NCBI GenBank assembly: GCA_964237295.1
Contig: CAXSIE010000001.1
Coordinates: 2,137 to 33,253 of the forward strand
Length of the DNA stretch: 31,117 nucleotides
Source: an uncultured Flavihumibacter sp.
Lineage (GTDB): Bacteria > Bacteroidota > Bacteroidia > Chitinophagales > Chitinophagaceae
Reading direction: 5' to 3'
Shown here piece after piece: positions 18,993-28,137 of the stretch. Position 1 is the stretch's first letter. Each line of letters begins with the position of its first letter. The notes under the pieces are model-generated. The model made no database searches. It saw only the letters and a program-made list of their open reading frames with translations, and was not told the origin of the DNA. The position numbers were made by a program, and so were the translations under genes.

Positions 18993-19364
18993 ATGTCTTC
19001 AATAAGGCCCATACTTCGCATGTTTAATTATGATAAGGCTATTGAGTTTTACATAAATTGGCTGGGCTTCAATCTTGATTGGACACACGAGTTTGAAGTT
19101 GGGACTACTCCCAAATTCATGCAGGTATCGTTGAGAGATATAGTGTTGTACCTTTCGGAACATCATGGAGATGGGAGCCCTGGAATACATATAACTATAG
19201 AGGGTTTTGAAGGATTAAAAGATTATCATCAGCAGCTTATCGATAAAAAGTATAAATATAACCGTCCCGGGATAAATATTCCGGAATGGGACCCATCAAC
19301 CATATCTGTTACTGTAATTGATCCTGTCGGAAACCAACTGACTTTCAACGAGAAAGTAAAGTAG
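18993..19364 (+). CDS. Glyoxalase/bleomycin-resistance (VOC) superfamily protein
   Basis: PILRMFNYDKAIEFYINWLGF..DW.H, LYLSEHHGDGSPG and DPVGNQLTF. Confidence 0.9.
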   Translation: MSSIRPILRMFNYDKAIEFYINWLGFNLDWTHEFEVGTTPKFMQVSLRDIVLYLSEHHGDGSPGIHITIEGFEGLKDYHQQLIDKKYKYNRPGINIPEWDPSTISVTVIDPVGNQLTFNEKVK

Positions 19365-19416
19365 TTTTTTAAGGGCAATGTGCATAAACGCTATGTTACA
19401 GAACTGTAAACATCTC

Positions 19417-20418
19417 ATGAAAAAGAAACTGATAGTACTTGTTATTTTGATTGTAAAGCTTAGCGTCACTACAGCACAATCAAATGATGTTACGTTTCTC
19501 ATCGACACTACTATTACTATCATGAAACAAAACGTTTATGATGGCGGGGTGATCAACTGGACCGAATTAAAGCGACAAGCGTTATTACAAGCTGCAAATA
19601 TCACCAGCCCTTATCAGCTTGGACCGGTCATGAGATACTTGTATAAATCTATCAATGATTTTCATGGCGCTTTTTTCTACAAAGACAGCACGTTTCAATG
19701 GCAACATAACAAACTCGTAATTTCAGACAGTATATCTAACGAATGGAAAAAAGGTGTCGAAAGCAAGACCATGTTACTTGATGGCGAGATTGGGTACTTG
19801 CGGATACCTTCCATGCCGGTAGCAGATAAAAAAGATTTTAATGTTAAAGCTCAGAAGTTAAATGACAGCCTTTGTATCTTGCTGAATAAGCACGTAAAAG
19901 GAATAATTTTAGACTTAAGACTAAACGGTGGTGGCGCAATGCATCCCATGATTTTGGGCCTGGAGCAATTGCTTACTCCAGGACGGGTAGGATCGTTTCA
20001 AACTAAAATAAAGGAGGCCTGGTCTATTAAAGAAAATGGTTTTTATGTTGACACTGCCTTAATTTCAAAGATTAATCCAACCTGTAATATCAATGCCCAA
20101 AAGATTCCGGTCGTCATGCTAATTAGCCCGATTACCGGGAGCGCCGCTGAATGCCTTATAATTTCTTTTAAAGGTCGAAAGAAAACAATCTTATTAGGTT
20201 CCAAGACTGCCGGATATGTAACCGTTAATACCGGCATCCCAATAAATAATGAGGCATTCATTAATCTGTCTGTTGGTTTTAGCATGGATAGAAATGGAAA
20301 GGTTTATAAGGATGCGATTGAACCTGACATTCCTTTAATCACTACGGATAAGTTCAATGACATTCAAAATGATGAGAAGGTTAGAGCGGCTACAAAGTGG
20401 TTAAAACAAAATAGGTGA
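19417..20418 (+). CDS. S41 family peptidase
   Basis: Signal peptide from MKKK; IGYLRIP, ILDLRLNGGG, TGSAAE, GSKTAG and IEPD. Confidence 0.9.
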   Translation: MKKKLIVLVILIVKLSVTTAQSNDVTFLIDTTITIMKQNVYDGGVINWTELKRQALLQAANITSPYQLGPVMRYLYKSINDFHGAFFYKDSTFQWQHNKLVISDSISNEWKKGVESKTMLLDGEIGYLRIPSMPVADKKDFNVKAQKLNDSLCILLNKHVKGIILDLRLNGGGAMHPMILGLEQLLTPGRVGSFQTKIKEAWSIKENGFYVDTALISKINPTCNINAQKIPVVMLISPITGSAAECLIISFKGRKKTILLGSKTAGYVTVNTGIPINNEAFINLSVGFSMDRNGKVYKDAIEPDIPLITTDKFNDIQNDEKVRAATKWLKQNR

Positions 20419-20525
20419 TTGTTTCACCTAACTAAAACCGGTTGCAGAAAATGGAATGGCAATTCAGACCTTTAATTGAGCCAGTTTGGTTGGATGAATT
20501 GGACAACAGGTTGGAAGAGTCTATA

Positions 20526-20918
20526 TTATTTCACAACTGTAGCTTCAATTTCAATATTCAATTCAGGAAAAGCCAGTGAAGCCACCTCCACAAGCGTACT
20601 TGAAGGTGTGCAACCCTGTTGGTTCATCCAGTTAATAATTGTACCATACGCTTCAAAAAAAGATGAAACAGATGTTGTATAGAAATTGAGCCGAACAATA
20701 TTTGAAGTATTATAATCAGCGTGCTTAATAACATGATGAAGGTTATCCAGACTACACTTTATTTGTTCGCTCATATCGCCAGTTACAGGCTTTCCATCTG
20801 CATTTATTGCTGCCTGCCCCGAGCAGTATAAGGTTCCTGTGTTACTTTTTACTTCTATTGCTTGTGCATATCCAAAGTTGTTCTGCCACTGCCATGGATT
20901 AATAACTGTTTTTTTCAT
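20526..20918 (-). CDS. RidA/YjgF family protein
   Basis: GYAQAIEV, LYCSGQ, PSSTLVEVASLAFPELNIEIEATV; start at MKKTVINPW. Confidence 0.92.
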   Translation of the reverse strand: MKKTVINPWQWQNNFGYAQAIEVKSNTGTLYCSGQAAINADGKPVTGDMSEQIKCSLDNLHHVIKHADYNTSNIVRLNFYTTSVSSFFEAYGTIINWMNQQGCTPSSTLVEVASLAFPELNIEIEATVVK

Positions 20919-21058
20919 TGCTGTTGTTATTGATATAAAAGTATAGTGAAAGTTTAAAGAAATCTCTGGTGGATCAAAGTAAGTTAAAGAAGGTGTACAC
21001 TGCTCCGTTACCGGCAATAACCTGTTTCGTTGTTGGTTTAAATTTTAAAATACTCACG

Positions 21059-21679
21059 TTATAGTTTGGCTAAAGTATGTTTAGCAGCATGAACCGTAAG
21101 GTGAATATTTACATCAGGCAAAATATAAAGAGGTTTAGACGGGTCGCCATAAATATTCATACCCCACTGCTTGCGATTTATATTAAATGTTGCTTCTGCT
21201 ACTATTCCATTTGCGTAGGTGTTTACTTTTACCGGAAATGAAATGGAATGTGTTTGACCAATCATGCTGAAATCACCTGTAAGCATGTAATTGGCGTTTT
21301 TTACAGCACTTGTATCGGTAGTTGTGTAAGGTTCTGCTTTGGTAACATGAAACTTTGCATAAGGGTGCGTCACCAGATTAAAAAAGTTAGGGCTCTTTAA
21401 ATCTTCAAGAAGAGTCTGCCTTACCGGGTCTGGCAAATCGTAATCCTGTATAGACGATATTGGAATTACAAAGTCGCCTCCGGTAACCTTTCCAGCACTG
21501 GTAGCAGTTAAAGCGCCGGTTACTTTAAAAGATCCTATGTGGAAATGATCGGGCGCCGATCCTTTCCATTCTGCTTTCGATAAAGTTTCATTAACGTTGT
21601 AATCAGTTTGTTTTTGATTTTTTGTACCGCAGCTTACGATTGATGTTGCAATTAATAAGAGTGCTAATAATTTTTTCAT
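21059..21679 (-). CDS. YceI family lipoprotein
   Basis: Lipobox IVSC; EWKG, DLKSPNFF, LTGDFSMIGQTHSISFP and FNINRKQWG. Confidence 0.88.
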   Translation of the reverse strand: MKKLLALLLIATSIVSCGTKNQKQTDYNVNETLSKAEWKGSAPDHFHIGSFKVTGALTATSAGKVTGGDFVIPISSIQDYDLPDPVRQTLLEDLKSPNFFNLVTHPYAKFHVTKAEPYTTTDTSAVKNANYMLTGDFSMIGQTHSISFPVKVNTYANGIVAEATFNINRKQWGMNIYGDPSKPLYILPDVNIHLTVHAAKHTLAKL

Positions 21680-22281
21680 TGTTTAGTTTTTTAATTTTTA
21701 TTTTTTGTTTGATGAAACAAATTTCATCGATAAACTCAATATTTTAAAGTGAACAATGAATGAATTGCAGAAATGGCTGCATAAACTGATAAAACTATGC
21801 ACCGATATTCACTCAGGCAGCGTATTGCAGGCATTGTAAGAGTAAAGAAGTTTCTTATTACATCTGAAAATACGGTAAGAATTGCCTTAAAATTGCCTTT
21901 ATTTCAGTGCTTATGTTGGTTGATAATTTAATAATAGTTACTTTCATTTCCAAGAAGAACAGGCCGGTATCACCTCAAAAAGCTTAATGAATATAAATTT
22001 AACCGAGAGGATATTAAGCATGAAAGTGGCAAGCTAATAATGCAAAAACAACAAATTAAATTTTGCTCATTCTTCAACCTTTAATGATCCATTTAATTAT
22101 GATCTTCACATTCTAGTTTATGACTTTACTGAAATATGTGATGAGGCCTAGAGGAATATCTGAAATTAAAGAAGAATTCAACAAAGTTTAGATTTGGGCT
22201 AACAACAATTTGATTCCGGTTTATAAGGGAGATTACTCATTCTCATCAAGCGTATTCTGATTTTTTTAAAAACTTATTTTT

Positions 22282-23022
22282 ATGGTTTGCAAAGGCTGCG
22301 GATTAGTGCTTGACAATAATTACATTTTTTGTCCTCAGTGCGGTGAGAATGCGCATCCTCATAAGCTGAACGTCAAATACATTTTTCATGAGTTTGTCCA
22401 TGCTTTTACCCATGCAGATAAAGGCATCTTCCTACTTGTCAAATCGCTGGCAATTAAACCAGGAAAGGCAGCGATCGATTATGTGGAAGGTGATAGAAAA
22501 AAGTATTTTAATCCTGTCAATTTTTTATTAATAACTGGTGGTTTAACTTTTTTCCTTCGCAACAAATTGGGTTTTACTGGTAATGTTACCAGTAAAAAGA
22601 TGGCTTTATATTTAGATCAATTCTTTCATCAATTTACCACCCCTGTAATTATACTTAGTATTCCACTGCTTGCCCTCTACTCCTGGTTATTTTTTAGATC
22701 ATCTGGAAAAAATTATGCTGAAAACATGGTCATGAATATGTACATGATCGGAGAATATCATTTGTTTAGTACTATTGTGGTGGTTATTCCGTCTTTCTTT
22801 TTTCCTCAGACTGGGATACTTTTTACGGCTATTGGTTTTTTTGTAATGTGCCTTTATAATTACTTTACGGCGGTCCATTTCTTTAACCAATCCAAACAAA
22901 TTACACTTTTCAAAGTGGTATGTATAGAATTTCTTTTTATACTTAGTTTTGGGCTCATAATGGGAGTTTCTTTTATATTTTACTTAATTCAAACAGGCCA
23001 CCATATCAAAGAATTCCGCTAA
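22282..23022 (+). CDS. DUF3667 domain membrane protein
   Basis: N-terminal CxxC..FCPQCGE; L..KPG...DYVEGDRKKYFNP; several TM helices. Confidence 0.85.
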   Translation: MVCKGCGLVLDNNYIFCPQCGENAHPHKLNVKYIFHEFVHAFTHADKGIFLLVKSLAIKPGKAAIDYVEGDRKKYFNPVNFLLITGGLTFFLRNKLGFTGNVTSKKMALYLDQFFHQFTTPVIILSIPLLALYSWLFFRSSGKNYAENMVMNMYMIGEYHLFSTIVVVIPSFFFPQTGILFTAIGFFVMCLYNYFTAVHFFNQSKQITLFKVVCIEFLFILSFGLIMGVSFIFYLIQTGHHIKEFR

Positions 23023-23453
23023 AATCTAAGCATTCTAATCAGGTTAACAAAGATTTCGTTTATGCCAAGATTTATTAATAGTTGCTTTGCAAGATTCGAA
23101 TGTATAATAGGTACTACAATTTTCCCTTCAGATAGTAAATTATAACTGCAATTTTTCTAAGCTGAAACTTACGATCGTGGAGGCAGGGATTAAAAAGCGG
23201 TCACCAACAACATCAACATTTTTCGAATTCGTCGTTGGGCAGGCTTCTCCAGGATTGCTTCCAGACCCGGAAATAACCCTAACGTAAACCGAAGATAAAT
23301 AAGTCATTTCTTAAAACAGCTATAATCCTATAGGTATAAGATCACTTTAATAGTTGGATTTATTTCTCGCGTTGCATTGCAAAGGATATAATAACTTTTG
23401 TCGCACTAGTAAAAGAAAGTGATTCCAAGAGCGTGGCAGGATCAAATCCTTAT

Positions 23454-25874
23454 CTATCTGATAAGTGTGATCGTTCCATACCTCTTAATTTTAGTTCCGT
23501 GAAAGTCTGTGCCTTCTGCTATCCAGGTAAATAGAGCGGAGCTTTGAAGGATGCCGTTCAGCCTGCCATCCCATCCATTGGAGCCTGGAGTAAAACGGTA
23601 AACGATACCGCCCCATCTATTGTAAATAGTAAAGTTTGTAAGTTCTCTAATCCCTATAAGAATGGGCCTTGCATAGTCATTGTAGCCATCCCCATTCGGA
23701 GTAAACGCATTGGGTACGTAAATATCAGCCGATGTATAAATTTCAACAGTCACATTATCTGAAGCTTCACAACCGGAAGCTGTTTTGGCGGTAACCCGAT
23801 ACGTGATGTTTTTGTTCAGCGTAGCCACCGGATCTGCAACATTTGGATTGCTGAGTCCGGTTCGAGGTTGCCAGTTGTATTGTATAAATCCGGAGTTGTT
23901 TACATCTACCGCTTTGAGATTAAATGGCTGATTGATAAGTACACTTGTATCATTACCTGCAAAAATCTTCGGAGTAGTTACGGTTATCTTCACGATATCC
24001 GGTTGCACAGATGAACAACCAGCGGCATCGGTTACGGTAAGAGAATATTCCAATGTAAAAGCGGGCTTCACCGAAACGGGATTTGAGCTGTGGCTGGCTG
24101 TAAGGTAGCTGGCTGGCATCCAGTTGAATGTTAGTCCGCCACTGCCTTCCAGCCTTGCATCCTCACCATAACATATAGCCTGGTCCTTTCCGGCGTTTGC
24201 GTGGGGCGCCGCTTTTACAATCACCATAACGGTGTCTGACATGGTACATTTTCCTGTTGTTGCAGTAACGGTATACCGGGTGGTTACAAGGGGCGCAACG
24301 TTCTGATCACGCAGTCCCGGATCATTGATGCCGGGGCCCGGGGCCCACTGGAACATTGAACCATTGGAGTTAACTTTTAAGGAAGCTGTGTTGCCCTCAC
24401 AGATAGTAACCTGTGAATCAAGACTGAGTACCAGGGAATTTTTAAGGGGAATGATCACATCCATCGAGTCAGCACAGCCGTTGCCATCTTTTACCATCAA
24501 TTTATAATTACCACTGGACAGGTTGCTGAATACCGGCGAAGACTGAAAGTTTGCTGATAGGATACTATAAACCAACGGCGATTGTCCGCTGGCGTTTACA
24601 ACGGTTATGCTGCCGTCATTGTCTTCGCAAGAGGCAGCGGTAGCTGCGCCTGAAACCTTTGGCATAGGTTGTCCGCTTATTATAGCGTTAGTTGTATTTA
24701 TTCCACCAGCAATATCTTTAACAGATATTGTGTACTTAGCCGCAGCCAGGCCAACAAAGCGGTTTGACATCTGGTAATTAGTGCCATCAATAGAGTACTT
24801 ATATGGAGCCGTGCCACCGGAACCAGTCACTTCTATTTCACCATTATTCTGGCCACAAGTGGCATCTTTAGTTATTGCTGTTGTTGTAGTACAAGAACTG
24901 ACTAAAGTTGTACTCATGCTTACAGTTAGGCCTCTAACGTCTCTGACCTTAACAAGATAAGTTTCTGCCTTTAGAAAATCAAACTGGTTGGAAGTTTGGT
25001 ATGGCCCGTCATTGATAGAATACTCGTATGGCCCTTCACCCTTGATTGGAATGGCAGTTATGCTACCACCAGTATTACCGCAACCTGCAGCAACAGTTGT
25101 CAGCGAAAGCTGCATTACGCAATTATAGCTCAATTCAATAGAAAATAATCGAACAAAGCCAGTTAAATCTTTAATTCTGATAGTATATACCCCTGGGGCA
25201 AGATTGGTAAAAGTTGCACTGTCCTGGTAATTTATTCCATCCAGGGAATATTTCCTGGGTGGAATGCCCGGAAGCGGATCAACAACAGACAATCTGCCGT
25301 TGTTGCCGCACTTTGGAAAGCTTCCTGATACACGGATAGTATAGCCACAATTCGAAGCAAACAAGTAAACTGTCTCCGGTAATGTATTTCTGCATCCGTT
25401 CGCGTCTTTAACATACACATGGTAATCTCCATGAGTGAGATTTGTGAATACGTTGCTACTTTGATAAGTTAAATCATCGAGACTGTATTGAAAGGGAGGA
25501 GATCCTCCGGACATCATTACAGTCAGGATCCCGTCCAGTTTTTCACAAGAGGAAGGATCTTTTGTACTGAATGACGGGACAGGCGGAATAGAAGTGTTTG
25601 TTATAAAAACGTGTTCGCTTACGATAGTTCCGGTTGCGTCCCTTGTTGCAACAAGATATTCCCCGGGCTTCAAAGAAGTAAAGTTTCCATTGCTGAAACC
25701 CGCTACACCCGCCATTGAGTATTCATATGGCGGAACACCATTGGACGCGACAGCAGTAACGCTTCCATTATTCATTCCGCAGGCTGAAGTGTTAATAGAA
25801 GTTACAGTTAGCTTAAGCTGACTTCTGGCAACAAATGTCAGGAGCAGCAGCAGGATCAAAGGGTAAGGTTTCAT
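23454..25874 (-). CDS. T9SS type-B (gliding motility CTD) secreted protein with SprB repeats
   Basis: Signal peptide; six G.I.V...GG.PPY.YS(I/L)DG SprB-like repeats; three W.P..GL...Y.VT Ig/PKD-like modules; C-terminal IYVPNAFTPNGDGYND...IYNRWG...G.ITLIR. Confidence 0.92.
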   Translation of the reverse strand: MKPYPLILLLLLTFVARSQLKLTVTSINTSACGMNNGSVTAVASNGVPPYEYSMAGVAGFSNGNFTSLKPGEYLVATRDATGTIVSEHVFITNTSIPPVPSFSTKDPSSCEKLDGILTVMMSGGSPPFQYSLDDLTYQSSNVFTNLTHGDYHVYVKDANGCRNTLPETVYLFASNCGYTIRVSGSFPKCGNNGRLSVVDPLPGIPPRKYSLDGINYQDSATFTNLAPGVYTIRIKDLTGFVRLFSIELSYNCVMQLSLTTVAAGCGNTGGSITAIPIKGEGPYEYSINDGPYQTSNQFDFLKAETYLVKVRDVRGLTVSMSTTLVSSCTTTTAITKDATCGQNNGEIEVTGSGGTAPYKYSIDGTNYQMSNRFVGLAAAKYTISVKDIAGGINTTNAIISGQPMPKVSGAATAASCEDNDGSITVVNASGQSPLVYSILSANFQSSPVFSNLSSGNYKLMVKDGNGCADSMDVIIPLKNSLVLSLDSQVTICEGNTASLKVNSNGSMFQWAPGPGINDPGLRDQNVAPLVTTRYTVTATTGKCTMSDTVMVIVKAAPHANAGKDQAICYGEDARLEGSGGLTFNWMPASYLTASHSSNPVSVKPAFTLEYSLTVTDAAGCSSVQPDIVKITVTTPKIFAGNDTSVLINQPFNLKAVDVNNSGFIQYNWQPRTGLSNPNVADPVATLNKNITYRVTAKTASGCEASDNVTVEIYTSADIYVPNAFTPNGDGYNDYARPILIGIRELTNFTIYNRWGGIVYRFTPGSNGWDGRLNGILQSSALFTWIAEGTDFHGTKIKRYGTITLIR

Positions 25875-25949
25875 GCTGAGGCGTAAAGATATTCTTTTAT
25901 ATTAACGTGAATGCCGGAATAGAATTTTATAAGCTATTGTTTTTCATTG

Positions 25950-26787
25950 TTATGCTGCTTGTAAGTAATTGATGGCATCAGGAATAAAGACATGCGATTT
26001 ATGTTCAAGGTACTGATAAGCAACCAGAGCTGATAAGATGTTAGCCAACCCATGCAAGGGGTTACGATGACGCGAATGCTCCACATTGCATACAGTGGCC
26101 AGGATATCGTTAACCGATTCTATAACAGCGCGCTGTTTAAGCAGCCTGATATCACCCGGCAGCGCAGCTAAGGGTTTCATGTTCTTCTTTGGCCGCACCA
26201 ACAGGTGAAGCCCTTGTTCATAGAAGGTAACAAACAAGGTGGTTAAGTACCCTTTATCTGCACTATATTTTCCTTGCAGACCTTTCAGTAAATAAGAGAG
26301 CACCTCTTTGTTGTTGTCAGCTGTGTGACCGGCTGTAACCAGAAAGTTTACTATCTCTCCCAGATGATTGATGACCAGGTGCAGCTTCAGGCCATAAAAC
26401 CATCCGTTGCTGCTCTTGCCTTTGGAGGCTTGTTCACTAACTACTTTGTGGCTCTTTTCACGCTTGATGTGACAGACTTCCAGCTTTTTGGAATCGATAA
26501 AGTAGTGGTTTCATCAAATGAAATTTCGTGAAGATTACCTGATAATATATCTCGGCCAGCAGCTTAAAAGGAAGGAGCACCAATGTAAGGCGGGAAAGTG
26601 AATAATACGAGTGTTTGCGGGTAAGAATTGCGTAAAGTACCTGGTAAATTCTACTTACATTTCCAGCCACTTCCAAAATCCATGCTTCATGACGCCCAGA
26701 AAAAAGAACAAGCCGATCAAAAAGAGTACTATTAACCAGTACAGGGTGACGCGGGTGGGTGGATGACGGCGGTAGGACATCTATCAA
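25950..26787 (-). mobile_element. IS982-family transposase remnant (frameshifted pseudogene)
   Basis: Continuous frame from about 26505 to 25950: YFIDSKKLEVCHIKR...GKSSNGWFYGLKLHL...AD...ADKGY...KQRAVIESVND...HSRHR. In-frame stops lie just upstream (about 26510-26516) and the N-terminal part is degraded; TIRs not identified, so boundaries are approximate. Confidence 0.9.
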
Positions 26788-27336
26788 AGTTTTAAGGTAT
26801 TCACTAAAAGAGTCGGTTGCGGTTTGGTAGGATAGTGGAATTGGGGTGGGTGACTGGGATTTAAAATTAAAACTATTGAAAGTTTTGTGCTTGCTAATTG
26901 ATTATTACATTTGTTTTCACTGTATCTTAATCTGCTCTTCCTTATCTATCTTTACTTTCCTGTAGAATTACGGTGTTTAATAATAATTCAGGGTTTGGCA
27001 AGGTTTGACAATATCCCTTTAATTCTGCTAAAAACCTGTTAGCGTTTATAGCTTTTTTCAACAGAAACGGACTGTCTAAATCAATTTCTGGTGGAAGACT
27101 AAGTAAACTATTATAAGGAAGATCCGGATTTTCCTACACAATAATGTATTTATTATAAAGGTAATAAAAGGATATATTTATATTACCAAAAAATATAAAC
27201 ATATTAAGGGCATATGTTTATAATGTAGATGTAATGTGAATAACCTAAATTTAGCTCTTAACAATAATAACAGATAAATGTAAATGTAAAATCAGTGATC
27301 ATCTTACTTTTTGATTAAACTTTATTCGAACTACCT

Positions 27337-27783
27337 ATGGCCAACGCAGAGCAGCTTGAAATATTGAAACAGGGGGTTGAGGTTTGGAATGAGTGGAGAG
27401 TAAAGAATCCTGAAATAGTTGTTGACTTAGCTAGAGCAGAATTGTCTTCCCTCGATTTTGAATAAATTAATTTAAGCAGAGCTTATCTGAGCAGAGCTAA
27501 TTTTACAAGCGCTTGCCTGAAGGGAGCAGACCTTAGTAGTTCAGATCTTTCCAATGCAATTATGCATCATGTAAACCTTGAAAATGGAAATCTTCATAAT
27601 TCGAACCTAATGGCCGTTGAATTAACTCGTTTAACAGATCCTAGCAGCATATCACATGAATTAGCTACTATAATTCCATTTTTAAGGACCACGCCAGTGT
27701 TGCCAATTAAATTAAAGGATCAACTGGTTACAGTATGTTTACTGACTACCAAAAAGCATACAACTGGGTCTTCCAACCCATGA
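27337..27783 (+). pseudogene. Pentapeptide-repeat protein pseudogene
   Basis: MANAEQLEILKTGVEVWNEWR...DLARAELS, in-frame TAA at 27463-27465, then INLSRAYLSRANFTSACLKGADLSSSDLSNA in the same frame; C-terminal part is non-repeat. Confidence 0.85.
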
Positions 27784-27908
27784 GTACCCAGACGGCCCAT
27801 CTTTTATAGCCGAACTATCCAGCATCATCGCCCCGGCAAATGAAACGGCTGAAGCGTTCAGGAGGAGAGAGTAAAAACTAGGAAGTGGGCAACCAACGGG
27901 CAACTATA

Positions 27909-27950
27909 TAAAAAATGGTGTATTGATTGTCATTCAATCAAATACACCAT
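27909..27950 (-). terminator. Intrinsic terminator of the tRNA-like RNA pair
   Basis: Minus strand ATGGTGTATTTGATTG-aatga-CAATCAATACACCAT (15 bp, one bulge) followed by a T-run; starts 7 nt past the 3' end of the distal RNA. Confidence 0.82.
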
Positions 27951-27957
27951 TCAAATG

Positions 27958-28127
27958 CTGTAGAGGGAGGACTCGAACCTCCACGGAGTAGTTAGCCTTA
28001 GCACAAAGTTCAGTGGTCGACCCTGGTCGCTCCGGTATTGCTACAAGAACGGCTCTATGCTACGTTTATCCCAATTCCCCACCCCCGAGACAAGAGGGCA
28101 TGTCTGCCAAAATTTCATCACTCCACA
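27958..28127 (-). ncRNA. tRNA-like RNA copy A (GUC anticodon, 99-nt variable-arm domain)
   Basis: Acceptor TGTGGAG/CTCTACA + G73; D arm ATG..AAATTTTGGCAGA..CAT; anticodon arm CCCTC-TTGTCTC-GGGGG; T arm GGAGG-TTCGAGT-CCTCC. Confidence 0.85.
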
Positions 28128-28137
28128 TTATTACAAG

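Noticed and set aside
21700-22280. Possible decayed regulator gene upstream of yceI
   Set aside because: Only short stop-riddled hydrophobic stretches; no motif I can support.
23140-23307. 55-codon minus-strand ORF (MTYLSSVYVRVISGSGSNPGEAC...)
   Set aside because: No recognisable motif or coding evidence.
25900-27000. IS982 terminal inverted repeats
   Set aside because: A candidate end near 25903 (TAACGTGAATG) has no matching partner that I could find.
27463-27465. Stop-codon recoding in the pentapeptide gene
   Set aside because: A single TAA (not TGA/TAG) in a truncated gene; all other genes use the standard code.
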